This document shows positions 1 to 12,246 of a stretch of 33,529 nucleotides of DNA, piece after piece. Position 1 is the stretch's first letter; each line of letters starts with the position of its first letter. Made by a program: the position numbers and the translations under genes. The stretch lies in contig CAXNAA020000032.1 of NCBI GenBank assembly GCA_964200075.2, positions 1 to 33,529 of the forward strand, read 5' to 3'. The notes below the pieces were generated by a model. The model was not told where the DNA came from. It saw only the letters and a program-made list of their open reading frames with translations, and did no database searches. Source of the DNA: Sphacelaria rigidula. Lineage: Eukaryota.

Positions 1-59
1 CCCACAACTCAACCATCAGAAGGTTACGAGGTTACCAACTGAGACACCGGGGCGACCGG
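1..59 (-). mobile_element. tRNA-derived SINE family A, 5' head (cut by window edge)
   Basis: Reverse complement matches 16484-16542 at 55/59 nt; pol III A-box-like motif. Confidence 0.8.
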
Positions 60-1664
60 GTATATATATGTATATACATATATATATCCACCATTCGAGG
101 TTTCATTTCCGTATGGTGGACGTATTACTCGACATGGCCTGTCATCAACGAGTAAAAATTTGGCCCAGGCCATGGAGAGCAGACGGGCATCTTCCTCTCG
201 ACGAGACGAGTAACACGTATGCGCGGATTGCGGCACGTTCAAATTGTGTCCATGAGGTTATTAAATAATTGGTTTTGGGCTCGACAGCAAGGGTGAAATA
301 TTCGGAATAATATTATTCCTGCATAGTAATTGCCAGATGTGATCACAACACAGAGTTGTCACCTCCACGAAAAGACATCACCCAAAAAGCGCAATACTCG
401 GTGAGAGCGCGATCGGTACGTATATGATCCATCACCCACCCAACAAAACGTCGGGCAAATTCAAGCCGAGCAGCTCGTGGCAACAAAATATGCGCGAGAC
501 GACCCAACAGCCTCAAAATTGGACAACAAGCGGAACAGAAGAATACTCAACACGTCAACTAATGACCAAAACGAAAAAAAAAGGACCAACCACAGGACGC
601 CGAAGCATGACAACCCACCTCCTTGTTTTTTTTTTTTTTTTTTAATTCTCTCTAACAGGAAGTCATCAACAATATCTATTTTCGAAAATTTATATTATGG
701 GGAAAGAAAACGAAACAACTTCCTATACCCTTAGTGCTACACAAGTGATGAGCGTCACGAGGGACCGTATCAAACACGAATCACGAACGCGCGGACAGGT
801 CGTCATCCGCCGTTTCAACGAACCATCAGCGCCCATGACTGCCGCGACGTTCGAGAACCCCTCGGGTCCACCGCCTCTTTTCCTATTTCGCAAAATTCCT
901 GCCAAATGCTCCTCTCAAGGTGCGGTGTGGCAGCGCATGTGCAGACCATCATCGCAGTTTAAGCTACTGCACTGTAGCACAATAACGGAAATGATACTCG
1001 TACGCAATATGTTTCATAATGTTACGAGAGTTGGTCCAGCACCCTCGCTCGCGCACAAATATTGCGGAGATGCATCAACCGAGACCAAAAGCTGAGAGAC
1101 GCAAAAACGTTCCGCTGCAACGAGGCGATCACTCCAAGCAACGACACTTCCAATATCCCACACCAAAATCAAACTCGTGGAGAATCCCGGGCTTCCACCA
1201 TCCCCAGCAAAACGAACAAAAAACACCCCGGACAGGATAAAAAATAATACACGCACATGGGGGGGGAGGGAGAGGGGGCGTAGATTCAACAACGTCGGCT
1301 TTCCACTTGAATGCCGTGCGAGACGCTAATCGTGCTCGAACGCAATTACGCGCAGGTCATGTGACGACAGAACCGAACAGAGGATCTTACTGGCAAACAT
1401 TTCTTTGCCCGTCTTCTCCTGGCGCAAGCCGACGCTTTACGTTGTACCAAGCGCCACTGCCCTTACCCGAGGTTGACTCCACCGTTTTTCAGGCACGCCT
1501 CTGGGCACGGTCCAGAGGCGTTCAACTACGAGGGGCAATTGGGCGGGGGAGAGACGGAGGCGGATTTCATCTATAATCATAACCTTTATCCCAGCAGCAG
1601 CCGTAGCAGTCTTGAGCGGCAAACGCAAAACGCCCTTGTTTTGAGGATAGCAGCAGCACCAAAA

Positions 1665-1784
1665 TTACATATTCTGGCACTGTACCCGCTGATCACCGTG
1701 CCCGCCTGGCCCACGTTCATCGTCCGACCCGTCGACGTTCATCTCGTGCTGGTGAGTCTGACCGAACGTGCTCAGGTCCACGCG
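1665..1784 (-). CDS. DNAJA: DnaJ exon 9, terminal, with CaaX box
   Basis: [39 protein letters not shown] then TAA. Confidence 0.9.
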   Translation of the reverse strand, partial: RVDLSTFGQTHQHEMNVDGSDDERGPGGHGDQRVQCQNM

Positions 1785-4700
1785 CTGAGGCAAAGAGAGG
1801 ACACACACACAATATGAACGTGACGAATACGGAAACACGACAGCGATCTCATCATATATGCAAGACGAGGAAATAGTTGAAAGTCATGAAAATATTCCAG
1901 CATAACAAATACGGGGCCACCATAATGGAGTCCTCACCTCCAGCATGGGCTCCTCCTCCTCCCCATCAAATTCCGTCACCTCCGGAGGCGGGAGTGATCT
2001 CTTCAACACTTCCACCGCTTCCGGTGAAAGCTCGCTCGGGAACGTCACCTTTTTTATTTGTAGCACGGGGGGGGGGGGGGGGAGGGGGAAAACACTGAAA
2101 GGAACATTTGGACAAAGGGGCACAACGCATTCTCAGGGGGCTTGCAAGCCATGATCCACCACAAATCGCCGCCGAACTAATACGCGTATCATGTGTACTT
2201 CTTCACACACCACCGAATATCACACGAGAAGAGCTTGGATGTATGACTACACGTAGTCACTCAACTCCTGGTTGCGGAACCATTACGCGAGCGGTGTCAC
2301 GGGAACGCGCAACAGCTAAAAAAAACAAGGTGAAAACTCGATATGCTCCACACGACGCAAGTGCTGACGCATACACCAACCTTGAAGATGATGAAAAGAC
2401 GGCCCTTGACGAAGGGGTTCCCCACGGTCGGCATGCCTTCAGAGTCCAGCATGAACACGTCATCGTGCTTCGTCACTTGTCCCGGGTTGCTTTTGACTCG
2501 CAGAGTTCGCTTGTCCATATGCGTGATGGAGAAGTCAAAGCCGCACAGAGACTCCGACAGCGTGAGACTTTTCTCAATCACCAGATCGGCGCCCTTGCGT
2601 CGGAACGTCGGGTGCTCCTACGACCCCAGAAGACGAAAAACAAAACGAAACACACGTCCGAGTAGTCAACAGATGAATCCAACACGTCCCTGGTATCGCG
2701 GGTCATGTCGACACGATGTACATCTCCAGTCTCCTCTCGGTCCTTTCCGACAAAACTAGTTATGTGGTTTGGCACCCAAAACGTTCAACCATCAGCGTAC
2801 GCTATGGGTTATTGGTGACTCCCACTATTTCACGATGAACAAACAGAAACAGTGCAGGAAGAACAGCGCGCAACGCCGACAGAAGGGGGGAGCATGGTCA
2901 CGTGCAAGAGTCGAACCGGTTGCCGCACACCTCACCGAGAAACGCGTATACTGAGTCTGGACGTGTACGTATGTATACATATATCCGTCACGTACCTTCT
3001 CCTCTACAACGAAAATGATATCTCCAGGAACAACCCCCGGCGCCTCATCGGCCTCCCCGTGGAACACGATCTTTTGGCCGTTGCGCATGCCCTTGGTGAT
3101 GTGCACTTCCAACACCTTGCGCTCTTTCACCACCTGTTCATTTCCGATTTCCAGCGTCGGTCAAGGAGGAGAGGAGCTCAGACCGACGCCACCTCGAGTG
3201 CTACTTCGCCATTCGTTACATGAAAACTTGAAACATCTACCAAAGTGCCCGCGATGAGATCATCTGCTGGACCTGTCTGTGCGAGGCAACACGGACGCAG
3301 AAACTCTACAGGGACTCCACCTCTGCTTTCCCCCCCCCCCCATTCCATCAGACTGGTTAAAATCCTGTTCCATGACACCATTTTCGCAGCTGATTTCAAC
3401 CACCTCAAAACACAGCCCTGTTAACACAGCTGATTTCAACCACCTACAGGAAACACATCTGAATGCAGTCGGACTGGTACATGACACGTGCATTATGTCG
3501 TTGCGATCACCCCTCAGTTTCATGCTCACATCATTACGGGTTGCATGCATGGTTTTATTTCTTTTTGGACAGACTGACGTTGAAAAAATGAATCGCGGAA
3601 ATTCAAACTCCGTCCAAGGGTCACCCACCTTTTTACCCAGGCAGGACTTGCACTTGTCGCGCTCGTTGATCACCTTCCCCTCCCCACGGCAACTTGAGCA
3701 AGTGCTCTGCAGCTGTTGGACCATGCCGGGTCCTATCTGTCGGAACTGTACCTGCACCACACCCGAACCGAACGGCCGCAAAGACACCGAAGAGAGACAG
3801 ACGGCGTCAATACTCGCACACCCCAGCGAGCCATTCAACGGTTGAGGCCAATCCACCGGTACACGAGATTACCGATCAAATGCGTGACATCATTTACACC
3901 GAGTCCTACGGAGGCTAAATTCGGGCATTACCAGGACTGATCAACCCCCCCCCCCCACACCTCATCCTCTATCCTCATCAGTCAGAATAAATAGGACAAG
4001 TTGGACGTCGACCATTCATGGTTCATACACGAGCGATAAATGTTCTTCCTTTCTTTGGCTTCGGGGTATAGAAGATACACAAGAGGTTCGAACGGGGGAT
4101 GCGGATTCTTCCGGGGCTTCGGTAGTTGTGCCGCTGCAGGCGATATCGTAACGAAATGACCGACCTGAACTCCGCGTCCCTGGCACTTGTCGCATGCCTT
4201 TTCCGCTCCCGGTTTCCCGCCGGCACCATCGCACACAGTACACACCTGTCGGAATCGTACATGCGACAGCGGACACATCGGTTTTAACGGGTGTAAAAAA
4301 TATAATGAGAACCCGACAAAAAAGGGCCGCGGCGAGATACCGCAAAAGGCATGTCCCACAAGCGAAAGCGCATGCACGTTCTGGTCCCTCTCAAAACTCG
4401 ATGTGCGTTTGTATCGTCGTTTTCCATGAATCAAAATTTTTCGTGGTGACGCGTATTATTTTCAAATGTAGGGACAAAAAGGTGACGAGGGATATAGAGA
4501 ATATATTGTGTCAATCATACATTTCTGCTCGAGATTGTCAAACATGCTGAAATAGTTGAAACTTTCAGAAACCCATCGTGTTACATATCACAAGCCTCCG
4601 GTTCGAACAGTGAAAACGATTACTGCGGGACGTTCACATCAGTCACACGTTGATATCTCGTTCAGGCGGCCCCACCTTGTTCCGGGTTACGGCCAGGCGG

Positions 4701-7700
4701 CACGTCTTGCCGTTGTACAAGTCTTCCAAAGCCACCTTGAGCTTGTGTCTGTCATCTTCACCCTTGCGAGGTCCCTGGGGAGCAAAAGAGAGAGAGAGAG
4801 AGAGAGAGACGAACGCGAAGCAAAATAACAGATTGGTTTTACTGAGAAAAAAACGAAACACAAGGGTAACCAATGCCTGTACACAAACTGAATTGGTTTA
4901 TCGTCCACAGAAAACACGCACAACACGCCCGACGGCCAAAGTTCATGAGAGCATGGCGCGCGCGATGCGTCGAGTTTATACCGGGTTCTCGCGGCGCTAC
5001 CGCCACACGACTGCCACGAAGCAATCTCACCGAGCCTCTGGGCGATCGGCACGAGAATCCGCAGGCAGAGTAAGCGTTGGGTTAGGTTCCCTCCTTCCGT
5101 CAAGGAAAAATTGATGCAACATACGAAGCCTTCATGGAAGGGACCACTGTTTTCTCTACACCACCCTCTGATGATGGTCTCCATTTCCTCGCGGGTCGTG
5201 GCCTACCGCGTACGCACGACGTACTTCTAGCACAGATAACACTCCATCATCGCACTCTGCGAAAAGGAGAACGACGACTCTAATGGCTGTCCAAAAATGA
5301 CGATATTCCGGAGTTTGCTCACGACCTGCACCGATCACATTCCGACAATCTGCTCGACACCGACACACCCTGGACAAAAATTAATTTTGTAGAAAAATGT
5401 ACCGCATGCAGTATGAAATCAAATGTCTATAGCAATAGGCGGAATACCGGGTCTCGGGGCAAAAACGACTGAAATTGGATCAATTTTGGGTATCTTTTAC
5501 GCTGCGACAAACAAAATCGCCGACAACTGTACCTACCCTGAAGTGGCCGTCAAGAGCAAAACATTGTGTATCATGAGATAGTCGTCGCCCACCCTAGGAC
5601 GTATGCACTGAAGCTAAGGTGGAGCCACAAAACACAAAATGTTTTTTCGTTCGGGGTGCGGACATCTCGCAACGAATGATCCATTGTGCTCCCCTGCGTT
5701 GTGTTTTGAAGCTTGTGAAGACAACCACACCAGAACCCCTCCTCCAGAAGAAGCCTTCATCAAGTGTGCGCTATTCGCAAAAGGGGACAAAAAGCAGAAC
5801 CGAGTGCGGAGCTCACGCGACGATTTTTGTTCGGGCCTACGGGCGATTAACTCATCGCCAAGACACAAGATACCTTGCGCACTTTTTCACTGCAGAGAGT
5901 TGTGAGTTAACATGTCGCGGGTGGGTGCTCCCACCACGTTCGTTCACACCCTGAACAATATTTCACTTTGTCAAAAAATGTACTGGGTACAGTGTCGACT
6001 ATCGCGGTACCAGGTTCCATGGTGTAGATAGCACATTTTTTTGGCGACGGAGTCTCGATATCCAGGATGATTCATCATCCGTAACCGTCTACCATCAAGT
6101 CACCGGATATATTCACATGACTCAACTGAGCCAATCCAACAAACACGAGGTAACTTCTGGGGAAAATGGTTGTAATCTAAACCCACGGTCAAGCCACACA
6201 CGTGAAAAACGACAGTAATGCACGGGAGGAACGCCTCGGATATACTGCCGACGGCCCAACATGACTACAGAAATCCGGGCAACTCACCCCCCGTTGCCTT
6301 CCCCCGCCGCCGAAAAACATGCTGAAGATATCTTCCGGTGTCTGGCCCGATCCTCCGCCCTCTCCCTCGACGCCGTCTTTTCCGTACTTGTCGTACAGTT
6401 TGCGCTTTTCTGGGTCACTCAAGACTTCGTACGCCATGGTGATCTCTTTGAACACCTCCGGGTCGCCGCCCTTATCCGGGTGATTCTGTCGCACCACGTT
6501 AGAGAAGGAGGCATTGGGGGTATGAGGAATGGGACACAGTTCGTCTTTTCATAGAAAATACAAGTTGCTGCACTTGCTCCGGTAGTCATGCACCGTGGCG
6601 AATTTGAAAGGAAAAAATGACCGACACACCAGTAGGGGTTGAATGGACATATGACTGATGCGTTCCATCCGCATTCACGGATTTTGGTACAATGAGGGCG
6701 TGTCTTGGAAAAGGAAGATGGTTTACATCACGACCCATCAGGTCGGAATATTTATTTTACTGCACTTTCTTGATCGACAAATGACACTCCAAGACCGTCT
6801 GTGGCAGGAGCCGTTCGAAATTCCTGTTTCAAACTGCCTTCTTGGCCTTTCTTCGTCATTATACGCCTGAATGGGGGGCTAAGCGGATATTGACGCCTGG
6901 GAATGACCCATTCTAGTCATTGAGACCGTTCCAGGGCGACTCTGCATTTCCCGCTGGCCGCATTTTTATTTTCGGCCTAGCACGTATTTTCAGTGAGAGC
7001 AATCAAAATACTGACGAAGACTTTGATCATCTGAGCGTCTTTCACAGAAGATTCGTGATTGGCCTGATTCGGTCATAAACTGCAGTGCAGCCAGCGGGGA
7101 ATGCAGAGTTGCCCGAGAACAGTCTCAAAGAGTAGAGCGAGTCACTCCAAGGCGTCAACTTTCTATCGGCGTAAATCGACGAAGAAGGGCAAAAAAAAAA
7201 AACAGTTTTCGGAAGGAGTTTAGGACGGCCTTGATTAAACTTGGCCTAATATTCGGAAATTCACTGGCCGCACTTCTGTTATCCGACAAATCAGGCCGAA
7301 CACGGATCTTCAGTAATAGCCGAGAATAAAAATGCGGCCAGCGGGGAATGCAAAGTCGCCTTGGAACGGTCAACGAGTAGAGCAGGTCGTTCGAAGGCGT
7401 CAACATCCGCCTAGCCCTTCCATCAAGGGCAAAGGAAGGCAGTCTCGAACAGAAGTCTTGAGCGACTCTTATTAGAGACGATAGAAGTCGCAACCTCAGC
7501 GTCACAAGTTTTCAGCGAGCGAATGCACAGCGGTGGAGACATGTCGCGATCATTTTTGCTGTAATGCAGAAAAAACAAAACCGTGACGATAGATGACACC
7601 TGTCACGTGCAGTACTAACTTATGTATTTACTGCATTTGAAATATTCGCCACACTGTACGCAGTACTCTTTTCGAAAATGCCATCCGTGTTAGCGGTGAG

Positions 7701-10700
7701 AAAAAAAAAAGCTGTCGGATGATTTCATGCCTCAAGAATCACGTACCATGACATGTGTGCCGTGGTTTGGATCATGACGGGCAACATACTCAAAAGAGGC
7801 AGATTTTCTGTCTTGTGGTGTTGGTCCTCTGCGGTGTGTTATGTGATAACGCGTACGTGAAACGTGAAGGTCTCGTGGGGAATCATCGATGATCGAATCG
7901 ATACATATATTTAGGTTGTGTACGATTTTTTATTCGAATATCGCCGTGATAAATCAAAACTTTCCAAGGGTATGATTCGTCCGGAGATTACTTGATTTTA
8001 GGGTGATTGATTCGTACCGACGAATCTATCCTCACGCCTCGTCCTCAGCGTCACGGCCCAGGTACGTAAAATGGCGAAAAGGGTGCGTGCAGTCCTGTTT
8101 GACCAGCTGTAGACTTTTTTTTCCCTTCATCAATCAGGTCTAAGAAATCGTGCATTTAGTGTTTTGAACCAGCGATGATTCTTGTGAACGATCAAAATTT
8201 GCATTACCGTCTTTTGATCTTGACCAAACAAACAGACTCGTGTGTTGGAGGGTCCCCAGGAAGTTTGCGGGCCATTGTGTTTCTTCCATCATTTCGACCA
8301 GTCGTACCGTGGTCGGCTTACGTATCCTCTCGGTGCAATGACCCGATAATCCCGCAAGACGGTGCGCAGTCACCGTCCAACTACGAGCACCCGCATCAAA
8401 ATATCGCTCGCCAGAAAAAAACGGCCATGTATTGTTCCTGCGAGTGGCCAGCACTCGGAACTTCATGCATGCGGGGGGTTACGTGCGGGCCGAGGCACAA
8501 TTTCACATCTACACGTTGGCGCCAGTGTTCGCCCGACTGATCACTTTTACGCGGAGTCAAAATTCGCTAGGTTTACTCGTAAAGCTCGAAATGGTAACAG
8601 TTATAACTGACCGTTACATTATAATGGTGATCATGGTGATGGTTATATGAAAATTTTGGATAATGGTTTCAAACTATTATTTACCCTTACCGGCTGCGTA
8701 TGCTACGTACAGCCCTTGAAATTTGCCCAAATGTCGCGTTTTTTTTTCGCTCTGGTGAAGCCAAATCACGTAAGAACGTGCTTCCCGCACGGGGCCCTCC
8801 GGCAGGGATCCCTTTGCCGAGGGTGGCTTTTTGGCTCGCGTCTGCGCCAGTCGATGACTAAACCATCATGTACCATTCAACTGGTTAATGGTCAGACAAA
8901 CCTTTTCCGAGCTCTGCTTGTTTGAATTTCTGCACACTTGATAGTTAAGTTGTAAAAGAGTTGCGGGTATCTCGCTTATTTTATGAAAAGAAAAAAAACA
9001 GAAACATCCTACAGCAATCAAGCGTCGAAAATGGAGGCGTTCCTTGACTTGCAACATCCGTGAGGACAACATGATTATCACACCAGGGGGCTGGTGAGAC
9101 GGACGTGGAAGCGGTTGGAATACGGTCCCTGCTGTCTCTGCAACAGCACAGTCGCCGAGGGATAAACCTTATTTGCAATGAACTGGCGGACAAGCCACGT
9201 CACGTGATTTTACTCTTGCCCAAAGTAAAGACGATGCCTCTTACTCTCCATCAGGCATGGCGTAAGGTCGTTTCGGCATCATTCATCACCTCCACGGGGA
9301 GATCATGGGGTAGTTACGTCCGGCATTCATTTCCTCGCACGCATTGGGAGCAGAACATGAACACGAAACACCTCCCGTGCTACGCTGTGATGTTCAGCGT
9401 TGAACCACGAGCCTTCACATGGCTGCACCTCAGGCACGTATGTACCCCGCGGATTGTGTAAGCTGACTTCATATTTTACGGAAAAAAGTAGTCGGAACTA
9501 CGGAATTACACGGCAAAATATTTCTCGAGTTAGGTAAGCTGCTGTGTGAGCAATTTGACATGTACTCGGGAGCTGATCACGGCAGCAATTCAAGTTCATC
9601 CACTACCTCTGGAGCGGAACCTAGTGCACGGGCTCTCAGCTAGAGACGCGCCCAGCGTTTTAAAAGATTTTGTCCCGTGATGTACGCTGCTAGGGTACTC
9701 GGTAGCACAAACATCATCAAAGGAACATCAAGCTTTGCCATCTATTTGTCCGCACCATGGCTGCTCGCTTTTTGTTGCGTGCAGTCGGAATGACTACGAA
9801 CACATCGTCTGCTCCGTCCCCGCATGCCTGTGACACAGCACACTGTACTCTCACGACGGCGACGATCGCCACGGTCATTTACGGCAGCAGTATAGGACTC
9901 GAGTACACCATGCGTGGCCGAATCATTTGCATCGAATAAAAGAACTGGCTACGACAGGGTGGGAAAATGTGAAAAAACAAAACTACTGGCATCGACGAGA
10001 TGGACAGGTCACGCTCATGTCAGGGGCGCTCCAGGCTTTTCCTCGATATCACAAAATAACGACAATTCGCGAACACACACAAATACAAATTTCCCGCAGT
10101 ACAGTTTTCAGGTTGGTCCAGGCAACCCTCGACAGCGGCTGAAAACTGCCGCATTTACCACTTGGCATGAGTTTACATCAAGTTCTCAACAGTCTAGGGT
10201 GCCTCTCAAGACTGGCGTGGGAACGAACGATCTTTGGGGCTCTAGAACATACCGACATCGCGAGATGTGACTTTAGAAAACATCACAGATTTCACGCCCT
10301 GTTGAAAACATTTACGTGGAGTGAACGGCAGCAAAGCTCCCGCAGACTCAGCAACAAGGCCTTCTTGCAGTCCAGGCGATTCGATAGCATAAACCCTTTG
10401 ACTGCGTGCAACCTGTGGAGCTAAAGTGAGAAGAGCTTGAAAAACAACCAAGTTGATCTCGAGGGGTGCGAATGAAGTGGTGGGTACTGGTACTCTTCGG
10501 TAAGTTAGACTGATGTAACTATGACGGAGGTCATTACCCAAAACATCTAGCTCCATGTATGGACACGATTGAGCACAGCGCCAAACCACGGAAATCTTTC
10601 CTGCCCCCGAATCTTCGAGTATCGGGGAACCGAAAGCCCGAGCTAGACCGGGCACAGAGCCCCTGTAACACGCACTACAATAGCATCCTCCGCATCAAAG

Positions 10701-11252
10701 CTTCCCGCATCGAAAATAATCACGGGCAGACACGGTTTTCTTTGAGCTGTGCGAGTGATTTGGCAGACCGTGACGTCGCTGCCCATCCTTCTGAAGATGT
10801 CTCACGTACCTGCCACACACCCCACTACGTTCGCCTTGCCCATCTGGGATGGCAGAAAAACATACATGTGAATAAACAGGCGGTTAAACACAGATCGACG
10901 GTTAAATAAAATGGACACCACATACCCCACTGGTTTGCTCCTCCGTACCCAGCTCCCATCGATCACCATAGTCAGCTTTAGAAACCGTACGATATCATCC
11001 ACTGAGCTTCCGATTCCTTCGCTCCAATAGGAATACAAATATCTCGTACGTTCACACCTTTAGGGCAAGCTTCCTGTAGGCTTTTTTGATGTCGGCCTCG
11101 GAAGCGTCCTTCTCGATGCCTAGGATCTCGTACAGCTTCGTCGTGTCCACGTCCGCGGGGGGGGCGCCTCGACCCCGCCCGCCGCCCATGCCTTCATCTG
11201 GGCCGCCGTGCATGCCCGCAAATTGCTCGAAAGGCGAGCCTCCAAAAAACAT
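1665..11252 (-). CDS. DNAJA: Class A (type I) DnaJ/Hsp40 co-chaperone, DNAJA/Ydj1-like, 9 exons, 433 aa, C-terminal CaaX (CQNM)
   Basis: Exons 11252-11058, 6485-6288, 4774-4676, 4245-4165, 3751-3629, 3133-2996, 2617-2381, 2048-1938 and 1784-1665 join in frame through GT-AG introns. The product has a J domain (LYEILG...[19 protein letters not shown]), a G/F region with DIF motif, four zinc-finger repeats ([32 protein letters not shown]) and C-terminal domains (PGDIIF, EGMP), and ends RVQCQNM-stop. Confidence 0.96.
1938..2048 (-). CDS. DNAJA: DnaJ exon 8
   Basis: [22 protein letters not shown]...EPMLE; aag acceptor, donor GAG|GTGAGG. Confidence 0.88.
2381..2617 (-). CDS. DNAJA: DnaJ exon 7
   Basis: [16 protein letters not shown]...[20 protein letters not shown]; acceptor tag. 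Confidence 0.93.
2996..3133 (-). CDS. DNAJA: DnaJ exon 6
   Basis: [16 protein letters not shown]...[11 protein letters not shown]; donor AAG|GTACGT. Confidence 0.93.
3387..3445. repeat. 19-bp perfect direct repeat, 40-bp period
   Basis: CAGCTGATTTCAACCACCT at 3387 and 3427. Confidence 0.8.
3629..3751 (-). CDS. DNAJA: DnaJ exon 5 (zinc-finger repeats 3-4)
   Basis: [25 protein letters not shown]...CKSCLGKK. Confidence 0.93.
4165..4245 (-). CDS. DNAJA: DnaJ exon 4 (zinc-finger repeats 1-2)
   Basis: [27 protein letters not shown]; cag/GT boundaries. Confidence 0.93.
4676..4774 (-). CDS. DNAJA: DnaJ exon 3 (GPRKGED...AVTRNK)
   Basis: LEDLYNGK motif; (CT)n pyrimidine tract before acceptor; donor AAG|GTGGGG. 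Confidence 0.93.
4787..4809. repeat. (AG)n microsatellite serving as the polypyrimidine tract of DnaJ exon 3
   Basis: Direct reading; lies just upstream of the minus-strand acceptor at 4775-4777. Confidence 0.8.
6288..6485 (-). CDS. DNAJA: DnaJ exon 2 (NHPDKGGD...GGRQRG)
   Basis: HPD motif; acceptor cag, donor GGG|GTGAGT. Confidence 0.95.
6805..7470. repeat. Foldback/MITE-like inverted repeat in DnaJ intron 1 (one left arm, two right arms)
   Basis: 6925-6976 versus the reverse complement of 7319-7370 matches at 48/52; the left arm 6805-6976 also pairs with 7086-7233. Confidence 0.75.
11058..11252 (-). CDS. DNAJA: DnaJ exon 1 (MFFGGSPF...YRKLALK)
   Basis: ATG at 11252; J-domain helices I-II; donor AAG|GTGTGA. 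Confidence 0.93.
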
Positions 11253-12246
11253 GTTGATGCCCTCTTTTCACCACCTATTTATTGTTGTGGCTTGTTGGCT
11301 CGTGACTGAGTTCGCTGGGTTTTGGACGTCGGGTACGTTCGCTGCGGCTGTTGTAATGAGGTCTAGAACAAAAACGTGGTGGCCACGTTTTTATTTCGAG
11401 ACGGAAGAGGCTAACGAATGACCAACACCACTTGATTGCTGTCGTTGTTCGAAAGCGCTCTAATGCACCACCAGGTATATGATGGACGCACGAATACTGA
11501 GAGCGCGAGAAGTCAATTACCTGTCTGCCGCTCGTACTATGTCCCTCGTCTATGTTGGTGGCACCGCAGAGTGCTCGGAAGCTAACGATGCACGCCTCTT
11601 GTGCAAGGCCGTGAGGAATCCGTCATGTGATTACGGAAGATCCGGTCATCGATCGGATTTATGATCAAATCCGGCTTGTCCTAGAAAAAAACAAAAAAAA
11701 CACCTTGAGCCACCCCCATCAACGACAGAACCTGTAGTGGAAGATCGACAGACGACGCCGGGATTGTCACAGGCACAAGTGAAGTCACCTGACTGCGGTG
11801 TAAGGAACGAAATCCACAGGTGGGTGAACGTGATTAGCGCTCTCGTAATGTATATATTGTTTTTGAACAACGGTATTGTGTATAAACCAACAGCTTCTTC
11901 GTGCATCCCTCTCTCGGTTTCCATGTTGACGTTCAGCAAGACCATATCTCACACTAAAATCAAGTCGTTTCCATGCTTTCTATCCGATGCACGGCTCCTT
12001 TTGCCTGAGTTGACCATCCATGCGATCCGGCAAACGAGAAAGTCTTTGAACATCCAGAGGGTGAGAGCTACATGGGAAGGGAGCGCACGAGACAGATCAC
12101 ACCATTAACAAGACAACGACAGCAGGATCTACCGTAATCCTGATGGAGTCTAACTCTTTGCCCCACACTCTTGAACCTGAAACCGCCCCCGACAACCAAC
12201 AACTGGAAATAATAAACAGGCAGAACGCATATCAGAAAACACCATC
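11253..12246. promoter_or_regulatory. Divergent intergenic region: 5' UTRs and probable shared promoter of DnaJ and AGO
   Basis: 994 bp between the two outward-facing ATGs; individual cis elements were not resolved. Confidence 0.65.

Noticed and set aside
24-1628. Short ORFs downstream of DnaJ (e.g. 697-1095)
   Set aside because: No recognisable domains or coherent exon structure; probably DnaJ 3' UTR and intergenic DNA.
3387-3445. CRISPR-like repeat-spacer-repeat
   Set aside because: Only two 19-bp copies in a eukaryotic intron and no cas genes; a local duplication.
8800-8832. GC hairpin followed by a T run resembling a rho-independent terminator
   Set aside because: Eukaryotic intron context; short hairpins like this occur by chance.
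9250-9290. C/D box snoRNA on the minus strand (GTGATGA...CTGA)
   Set aside because: The boxes are too close, there is no terminal stem and no recognisable rRNA guide.
11340-11660. Heat-shock elements upstream of DnaJ
   Set aside because: Only partial nGAAn/nTTCn dyads (e.g. TCTAGAA); no three-unit array.
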